DNA from: Candidatus Micrarchaeia archaeon | GTDB lineage: Archaea > Micrarchaeota > Micrarchaeia > Anstonellales > Bilamarchaeaceae | Length of the DNA: 44,054 bases | Direction: 5' to 3' | Assembly (NCBI GenBank): GCA_046538155.1 | Contig: JBKHJL010000003.1 | Span: 1 to 44,054 of the forward strand | Shown: positions 38,095 to 44,054 of the stretch, piece by piece | How positions within the stretch are numbered: position 1 is the stretch's first letter | How the letters are laid out: each line of letters begins with the position of its first letter | Position numbers and translations under genes: made by a program | Notes under the pieces: model-generated | Seen by the model: only the letters and a program-made list of their open reading frames with translations | Told to the model about the DNA's origin: nothing | The model's database searches: none

Positions 38095-39578
38095 AGGAAT
38101 TTGTTTAGAGTATTCTGCCCGGCTTTCTTCCCTTCTGGCTTTGTGGGCATTTCGGACGTTGTGTTCTGCATTCGGAATTTGTCCCTGAAAGACAGGAGAA
38201 CCTCTTTCATTTTCTTCTCTCTTTTTCTTGAAGCCCAATAATAATACTCATCTCTTGTTTTGCGGGTCATGAGAACATAAACAGCGCCTTCCTTCATTCT
38301 TCCTGCCCTCCCTCTCCGCTGGATAGTCCGTATCTCGCTGGGTATGGGTTCATAGAAAATAACCGCATCCACTTCAGGGATGTCCAGACCCTCCTCTCCT
38401 ATAGAACTTGCAACAAGGATGTCAAACTCTCCCTTGCGGAAAGAATCCATGGTTTCCTCCTGCATCTTCCTGTTGAAATTCTTTCTTTTGCCCATAAAAG
38501 ATTTTGCACGAAACCCGCGCCGGTCCATCTCCGCGCTTATTTCTTCTATCTGGTCCCTGTACTGGACAAATATTATGACTTTCTTTTCCCTGAGCTTAGC
38601 CATTATTGAAAACAGCTTTTCCATTTTTGGGTGTTCCCCGGCCTTCTCAAGCAGGGAAACTACTTTTGATATTTCTGTGTTTTTGGAAACGGCAGCTGCT
38701 GATTTTGAATCAGATGTACGCAGCTTTTCCAGGTATCTGAACACCGGAACCTTTCCCTGGGTTTCAAGGAGCTCCTGGAGGTGGAGAATGTGGAGCAGGC
38801 AGCTGTAGAGATAAATTACACGGTATTTCATGGGGTGTTTTATTCTCATTATGCGGGGACGCAACTCAAGAAAGGCCTTTTTGGAAGAAAGGCAGGGGCG
38901 TATTCCCATGTTTTTCAGGAGCTTTGCCTGTTTTGTTGCGTAGGAAGCCAGTATTTCCTTTGCCTCAAGATATGAGCTGGTGAGAGTTACCGGCACCCAT
39001 TCCTGCTTCATCCTCTTTATATATGGAAGAACATCGGGGTCGGAATTTGTCCTTACCTCTACATTCGTTATCCTGAGACTGTCAAGGACTTTCTTTATCT
39101 TGGCGCGGTCCCCCCCAGGAGAAGCAGTTAGGCCTATTATTTTTGCTGTTTCGGGCAGACCTTCAGCTATTTTTACATAGGCGTAATCCCCCACTGCTCG
39201 ATGGGCCTCGTCAAATACTGCAAGAGATATTTTGTCAGAAGGAAAAATCCCTTTTTTCATATCATTCCGTATTGTCTGGGGTGTTGAAGAAACAACCCTG
39301 TTCTTGTAAAGCACGGTGCGTTTTTTTGGGGTGTTTTCACCAGTAACCAGTGCAGAACCGCCTTCCACTTCACCCAAAACACTCTTTATTGTGTTGCTGT
39401 GCTGGCGGGCAAGGGGCTTTGTGGGGGTAAGGAAAATGCATTTTCCTGGTGTGTTTTCCATCATTGCCAGGGCTATCAGTGTTTTGCCCAGGCCAGTAGG
39501 AAGCACAACAAGGGTGTTGCCATTTTCCTTTATAGATTGTATTATCTTTTTCTGGTATTCCCTGGGCTGAAGCTTCAT
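38091..39578 (-). CDS. hef: Hef/FANCM-like SF2 helicase without the ERCC4 nuclease domain, ending in a PIP box
   Basis: PREYQ, LPTGLGKT, DEAHRAVG, LTASPG, EEGLDIP, QRRGRAGR and C-terminal QNTLNKFL. Confidence 0.9.
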   Translation of the reverse strand: MKLQPREYQKKIIQSIKENGNTLVVLPTGLGKTLIALAMMENTPGKCIFLTPTKPLARQHSNTIKSVLGEVEGGSALVTGENTPKKRTVLYKNRVVSSTPQTIRNDMKKGIFPSDKISLAVFDEAHRAVGDYAYVKIAEGLPETAKIIGLTASPGGDRAKIKKVLDSLRITNVEVRTNSDPDVLPYIKRMKQEWVPVTLTSSYLEAKEILASYATKQAKLLKNMGIRPCLSSKKAFLELRPRIMRIKHPMKYRVIYLYSCLLHILHLQELLETQGKVPVFRYLEKLRTSDSKSAAAVSKNTEISKVVSLLEKAGEHPKMEKLFSIMAKLREKKVIIFVQYRDQIEEISAEMDRRGFRAKSFMGKRKNFNRKMQEETMDSFRKGEFDILVASSIGEEGLDIPEVDAVIFYEPIPSEIRTIQRRGRAGRMKEGAVYVLMTRKTRDEYYYWASRKREKKMKEVLLSFRDKFRMQNTTSEMPTKPEGKKAGQNTLNKFL

Positions 39579-39675
39579 TAAACTAATTATTCCTCTTCAG
39601 GTTTAAAAACAATGAGGGGGTGTGTTTCCACTATTCCCGGTTTGATTTTCCAGTAAAGTAATAATTAAAAATATA

Positions 39676-39691
39676 TGTAACCATGGTTACA
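39676..39691. promoter_or_regulatory. Palindrome TGTAACCATGGTTACA, copy 2 (between the TATA-like element and the ATG of the Cas2-like gene)
   Basis: Perfect 20-bp palindrome TATGTAACCATGGTTACATA at 39674-39693, with the ATG at 39696. Confidence 0.8.
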
Positions 39692-39695
39692 TACA

Positions 39696-39929
39696 ATGTT
39701 AGTATACCTATACGATATCAAGTCTTCTGTTGAAGAATATAACAGAATAAAACGAAATTTTTACTATCATCTTAACAAAAATGGCTATAATAAGTATTTC
39801 TGGAAAACGAAGTCTGTGTTGGTCGTACCTGAGGAGATGGAGCAGGTTATTGACGGATTTTTTCATTCTTTCTCTGGCTCAGTCGTAGTTTATAAAATAA
39901 TAACTGATTCAATTGAAGAGCTGGAATAG
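39696..39929 (+). CDS. Stand-alone Cas2/VapD-like small protein
   Basis: 77 aa. It starts LVYLYDI, continues with helix RIKRNFYYHL, then WKTKSVLVV, matching the Cas2 pattern 'YDI...R...L...QxSV'. No cas1 or array in the window. Confidence 0.65.
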   Translation: MLVYLYDIKSSVEEYNRIKRNFYYHLNKNGYNKYFWKTKSVLVVPEEMEQVIDGFFHSFSGSVVVYKIITDSIEELE

Positions 39930-39950
39930 TGGAAATGAGGGGTCTCCTGC

Positions 39951-41513
39951 CTATTCCACTAATTCTTTTACATCCAGTTCACAAAGTGCAACAGGGTATT
40001 CCAGACCATATTTTTTTAGTACTTCGGGATGCACTGAACCAATAACCCCTGCCTTTTCTCCATCCAGGAAAACTTCAGCACACCTTCCTTCTATAAAACA
40101 AGAGTCTTTGCCCTGCTTTAGCTTAATCCCTTTACCTACCCATTTTGACAGTGTCTGGAGGAAGGCCTGGAGAGTCGTAAGTGAGGCGTTGTCCCCCATA
40201 ATTCCAAAACAAAGGCTTTCTTTTTCTTCCCCGTTGTATATTTTTCCACACTCGTAGATTTTTTGCGGCAGCCCCATCATCTTATTGGTTGAAAAACATT
40301 CCATTATACCTGAAACAAGAGTTGTTCTCAAATGGGTAAATTCCTCGGATGCAGAGTTTTCTATTACAAGTGCCCCCTTTTCCTTCCCCACCTTCCCGAG
40401 CTTTTCAGGATTTGTGAGAAAATAATTTTTTACTTCCAGGAACTCCATGCCCGTAAGCGCACTGTGCAGAGGCTCCAGCCTTCTGTTTTCTTTGCCCGTA
40501 GTTGTAAGCTGGGGGAGGGTTGGCTCCAGCCTCTCATATCCATATCCTATTGCAATATCTTCTATTATATCAGTAAAGGAGAGTATGTCTGCCCTGTATG
40601 GGGGCACAATTGCCTGCTCCCCTTCAACAGGAATCCCCATTTTCTGCAGGCAGGTTTTTCCTTCCTCCAAATCCAGTTTAATCCCAAGCACCCTTCCTGC
40701 CTCCTCCATATCCACTTCTATTTTTTCTTCGGTAAAATCCGGGTGGGTTTCCCCATTAATTTTAACCTGGAATAGCTCTCCTCCCCTGTCCGCGAGCGCA
40801 GTAGCTATTATGTTTACGGTTTTCCTCACAGTTTCCCTTGAGGTTCCTGTTGCTTCTACAAGCAGGTTCTTTGTTTTTTCCGTTACCCGCGTCCGTTCAC
40901 TGTTTATTACAGGAGGGAAGGACACCACGCCTTTTTCATCTTTAATTAACACTGCTTTTCCTTCCGGTACAAGGTGCGCATACGCCCTTCCCTTTGGGTG
41001 TTTTTCTAGCACCTCCCGGATGTCCATCTCCTCCTCCATTTCCAGGGGGACCAGCTTTTCCCCCCGTGCAACAGTATACCTCATTTTCCCGGATATATTG
41101 TCCAGGTCGTGTATTCCCACCGCAACCTTCTTTCTTTTCCGCCCAATTGTCTGGTGCAGTTTTTCCTGCATCTGCATCAGGTCTTCCAGCAGCTCATCAT
41201 CAATATTCAGCCCTTTAACTACAGCTGCGGAAACCTCAGGCCTTACTTTCCGTGTTTCATCTGAAACTTCCATTGAGTAATCTGATTTTTCAGCCACATA
41301 TTCAGGAATCTTTTTATCATAATATGCAGTGACTGCACGGACAATTCCCTCTACGCAAAAGAGGTCCGGCCGGTTTGGGGTTATCTCAACAACAACTTCT
41401 CCCTCCTCTTCTTCCACAGGCATACCTATATTGGTAAGGCACTCAATGATTTCGGATTCGGTGCGCCCGGTCATCTTTTCCAGTTTTTTGAAATCAGCAT
41501 TTATATTTGCCAT
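39951..41513 (-). CDS. pheT: Phenylalanine-tRNA ligase beta subunit (archaeal type)
   Basis: EITPNRPDL, QEKLHQTIGRKRKK, SFPPVINS, PPYRADI...DIIEDIAIGYGY and GSVHPEVL. Start taken at MANINA (41513). Confidence 0.94.
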   Translation of the reverse strand: MANINADFKKLEKMTGRTESEIIECLTNIGMPVEEEEGEVVVEITPNRPDLFCVEGIVRAVTAYYDKKIPEYVAEKSDYSMEVSDETRKVRPEVSAAVVKGLNIDDELLEDLMQMQEKLHQTIGRKRKKVAVGIHDLDNISGKMRYTVARGEKLVPLEMEEEMDIREVLEKHPKGRAYAHLVPEGKAVLIKDEKGVVSFPPVINSERTRVTEKTKNLLVEATGTSRETVRKTVNIIATALADRGGELFQVKINGETHPDFTEEKIEVDMEEAGRVLGIKLDLEEGKTCLQKMGIPVEGEQAIVPPYRADILSFTDIIEDIAIGYGYERLEPTLPQLTTTGKENRRLEPLHSALTGMEFLEVKNYFLTNPEKLGKVGKEKGALVIENSASEEFTHLRTTLVSGIMECFSTNKMMGLPQKIYECGKIYNGEEKESLCFGIMGDNASLTTLQAFLQTLSKWVGKGIKLKQGKDSCFIEGRCAEVFLDGEKAGVIGSVHPEVLKKYGLEYPVALCELDVKELVE

Positions 41514-42885
41514 ATGGGTCCCTCTTCTCCTTTGCTTTCTTTTCAGCCGCAGGAGTAACATACTCTCCGGTCACACAGCCAAAACAACCGTTTTCCCCAA
41601 CTGCTTTTTTCAGCCCGTCCAGGCTTATGTAATGGAGGCTGTCCACTCCAAAGAAATCTCTTATTTCCTTCACGCTTTTGTTATTTGCTATCAACTCATC
41701 ATAAGTGGGCATATTTATTCCGTAAAAACAGGGGGAGATTACCGGAGGACAGGTTATGCGCAGGTGAATCTCCTTCGGCCCGCAGTTCTTAAGCACGCGG
41801 ACTATTTCTTTCATCGTTGTGCCACGCACGATACTGTCATCAAACAAAACAATCTTTTTTCCCTGGATTATCTGCCTGATAGGGTTTACCTTCATTCTCA
41901 CTGCCTTTTTTCTGCTCTCCTGGTCAGGCATTATGAAGGTCCTGCCAATGTATCTGTTTTTTATTATTCCTTCCGTGTATTCTACTCCGGTTTCCTTTGC
42001 AAACCCAAGGGCGGCGCTTCTTGAAGTGTCAGGAACAGGGATTACAAGGTCTGCATCAACCGGGGCTTCCTCTGCAAGCTGCTTTCCGAGCTCTTTCCTT
42101 ACCTGTTCCACAAGTTTTCCGTTTATTATGGAATCAGGCCGGGAAAAATAGACATATTCAAACATACAGTGCCTGGCTCCTTTGTTCAGAAGAGTCTTTT
42201 TTTTCATGTTTCCGTTTTCATCAACTATTGCCAGTTCCCCTGGCTGTATTGAACCGGAGTAAGGGACCAGGTTCATGTCCAGGCCTGTGGATTCAGAACA
42301 GAATATTATATTGTTTTCATCTTCGCCGTAGGTAAGGGGCCGTATCCCATGGGGGTCCCTGAAGATAAAGACTTTCCTGTCGTATATTCCGACAACCGAG
42401 TAAGCACCATCAAGCTTTTCCATTGCATGGAGCACCGCCCCTTCCAGGGTTGCTCCTTCCCGCAGTTTGTCTGCCATGAGATAGAGGATGGCTTCTGAGT
42501 CAACAGTTCCCTCAAAAACATAGTTTTTTTCCTCCAGCCCCTTTCTTATTTCAGAATAGTTTGTGATGTGCCCGTTGTGGGCAACGGAAATACCGCCTGA
42601 AATGGATGGCTGGATATCCCTGAGCGTTGCTGTTTCAGTTGTAGGGTAGCGTGTGTGGCCTATTCCGGCCCAGTGAGGCTGGACAAGGTCTTTTTCCTGG
42701 ATGACTTCTGCAACCAGCCCCACCCCTTTTTTCTTATAGAATGAGCCATCATACAATACCATGCCTGCGGCATCCTGCCCCCTGTGCTGGACACCAACCA
42801 TTGCCCGGTAAACAGCCGGTGCAACCCGGGATTTGTTTTTTGAGATGACCGCCACTATGCCGCACTCTTCCTTTACTTCATCCAT
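41494..42885 (-). CDS. purF: Amidophosphoribosyltransferase
   Basis: EECGI (Ntn Cys after a propeptide), QHRGQD, GHTRY, HNG, CMFEYVYFSRPDS, DDSIVRGTT, and Fe-S cysteines CFYG and CFGC. Confidence 0.96.
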   Translation of the reverse strand: MDEVKEECGIVAVISKNKSRVAPAVYRAMVGVQHRGQDAAGMVLYDGSFYKKKGVGLVAEVIQEKDLVQPHWAGIGHTRYPTTETATLRDIQPSISGGISVAHNGHITNYSEIRKGLEEKNYVFEGTVDSEAILYLMADKLREGATLEGAVLHAMEKLDGAYSVVGIYDRKVFIFRDPHGIRPLTYGEDENNIIFCSESTGLDMNLVPYSGSIQPGELAIVDENGNMKKKTLLNKGARHCMFEYVYFSRPDSIINGKLVEQVRKELGKQLAEEAPVDADLVIPVPDTSRSAALGFAKETGVEYTEGIIKNRYIGRTFIMPDQESRKKAVRMKVNPIRQIIQGKKIVLFDDSIVRGTTMKEIVRVLKNCGPKEIHLRITCPPVISPCFYGINMPTYDELIANNKSVKEIRDFFGVDSLHYISLDGLKKAVGENGCFGCVTGEYVTPAAEKKAKEKRDPYGKYKC

Positions 42886-42950
42886 TAATTCACCAGACAA
42901 GCAAGAATACTCTTCTTAGGGTATGGGAGTTTTATAAGCATTATAGGTCT

Positions 42951-42966
42951 TGTAACCATGGTTACA
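42951..42966. promoter_or_regulatory. Palindrome TGTAACCATGGTTACA, copy 3 (upstream of purF)
   Basis: Perfect 16-bp match. It contains the minus-strand TAA stop of the Nre gene; TTATAAA lies on the minus strand at 42937-42931. Confidence 0.8.
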
Positions 42967-44054
42967 TAAACTCCAGCAGGTTCTTCTGCCCCAAGATACT
43001 ACTTTTTTTCAGGTAATCCCCCACAGGAATCCTTAATCTCCCTGCAGCAACCCCAAGGGCTTCCCCCACACTGGAAAATCTTTCAGGGTTATCCATAGCA
43101 TCTCTTGCATTTTCCCTTACCTGGAATACCCCCACCGGAACCTGGTATCCTTCGTATACTTCTCTGAATGCCACTACCCGGGCCTGCCTGCCTATCCTTT
43201 CCAGGAATTCAAGGACCGCAAGCCGTACCGAGTAGTATGCTCCTGCCTGGGACTTTGCATATTTGCTCCTTCCTCTGAACGCCTCATATTCCTTGCTTAT
43301 CCTTGCCTTGCTTCCACGTGGATTCCAGAGCGTATTCGGGCACCATGCCTCAAAATTCTCAAATTCCCATTTTCCGGGAATCAGCATTATCTCATAGTGA
43401 TTTGAGAAGGAGGAATGGTTGAAAAGCCATACTTTGTTTAGCTGTTTAAAGTCCCGTACTCTTTGCATTATGTGCTTTCCAAGCATATCGTCTGTTGCGG
43501 TTATGCTCCACCGTGTCGGCACCATTATCCTGTTTTCTTCAAGACCGAGCTTGCCCACGGAAAGTACGCTTGAGATATAGTAGTTATCCATCCCCTTCCG
43601 GTAGAGCTCTATTGCCGCAGATCTTGCCTTCATTTTTTCTTCCAGTATGCTGTCCACCTTTCTGGGCACCTTTGGATTGTCGCATACACGCAGCTTCCGC
43701 ATTGGCGCAGATGCCCCGGTAGGCTGGACAAGCGAGGAGAATCTCATATCATATTTTGGCTTTCTTGAGAAGTTTACCTCCAGGTCCACCGGCCTTGTGG
43801 AGATTGCCGCTTCAGCCGTTTCCCTGATGCTTCTCCTGTGGGGCCGAAGTCCCCCAAAACGCTTTCCTTTGACCATTGCTGCACGTGCCTCAACCACTCG
43901 TTCGTAGCCCTGTTCGTAGAGTTCCCGGGCTCCCCTGTAGTCAGAAAGCGAAACCACCGGACCCCAGGAAACATCAGGATAGTTTGCCGAGCTCACAAAC
44001 ACCTCATTGGAAGGACCGAAAAGGTCCTGTTTTATGTCCTGGTCCAGCTTATGC
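42962..44054 (-). CDS. nreA: Nre-family PCNA-interacting DNA repair protein (5' end beyond the window)
   Basis: FVSSANYPDV, VPTRWSITATD, AGAYYSVRL, PVGVFQVRENAR and the C-terminal PIP box QKNLLEF. The frame stays open to the window edge. Confidence 0.88.
   Translation of the reverse strand, partial: HKLDQDIKQDLFGPSNEVFVSSANYPDVSWGPVVSLSDYRGARELYEQGYERVVEARAAMVKGKRFGGLRPHRRSIRETAEAAISTRPVDLEVNFSRKPKYDMRFSSLVQPTGASAPMRKLRVCDNPKVPRKVDSILEEKMKARSAAIELYRKGMDNYYISSVLSVGKLGLEENRIMVPTRWSITATDDMLGKHIMQRVRDFKQLNKVWLFNHSSFSNHYEIMLIPGKWEFENFEAWCPNTLWNPRGSKARISKEYEAFRGRSKYAKSQAGAYYSVRLAVLEFLERIGRQARVVAFREVYEGYQVPVGVFQVRENARDAMDNPERFSSVGEALGVAAGRLRIPVGDYLKKSSILGQKNLLEFM

Noticed and set aside
39580-39950. 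CRISPR-Cas locus around the Cas2-like gene
   Set aside because: No repeat-spacer array and no cas1 or other cas genes are visible in the window.

Overview
This 44-kb window is archaeal chromosomal DNA. RadA, PCNA, a thermosome subunit, Hef, Nre, a CTP-dependent riboflavin kinase, an archaeal RNase P RNA and a C/D box sRNA all point to an archaeon. The compact genes and overall content suggest a DPANN lineage such as Micrarchaeota, but that is inference. Most genes are housekeeping: DNA repair and replication, purine, pyrimidine and PLP synthesis, pheT, trxB, pepA and tRNA-Phe. Five things stand out. (1) The same perfect 16-bp palindrome, TGTAACCATGGTTACA, occurs three times: before purL, before purF, and over the promoter of an orphan Cas2/VapD-like gene that has no CRISPR array. 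(2) A six-gene, relaxase-free operon resembles Ced/Ted/T4SS systems (pilin, CedA/VirB6-like channel, membrane adaptor, VirB4/HerA-like ATPase, coiled-coil/winged-helix protein, 50-aa ORF). (3) A full-length glutamine synthetase homolog has lost most catalytic residues. (4) A reduced RNase P RNA and an unannotated C/D guide RNA are present. (5) There are two giant orphan proteins. All family calls come from reading motifs by eye; no database searches were run.
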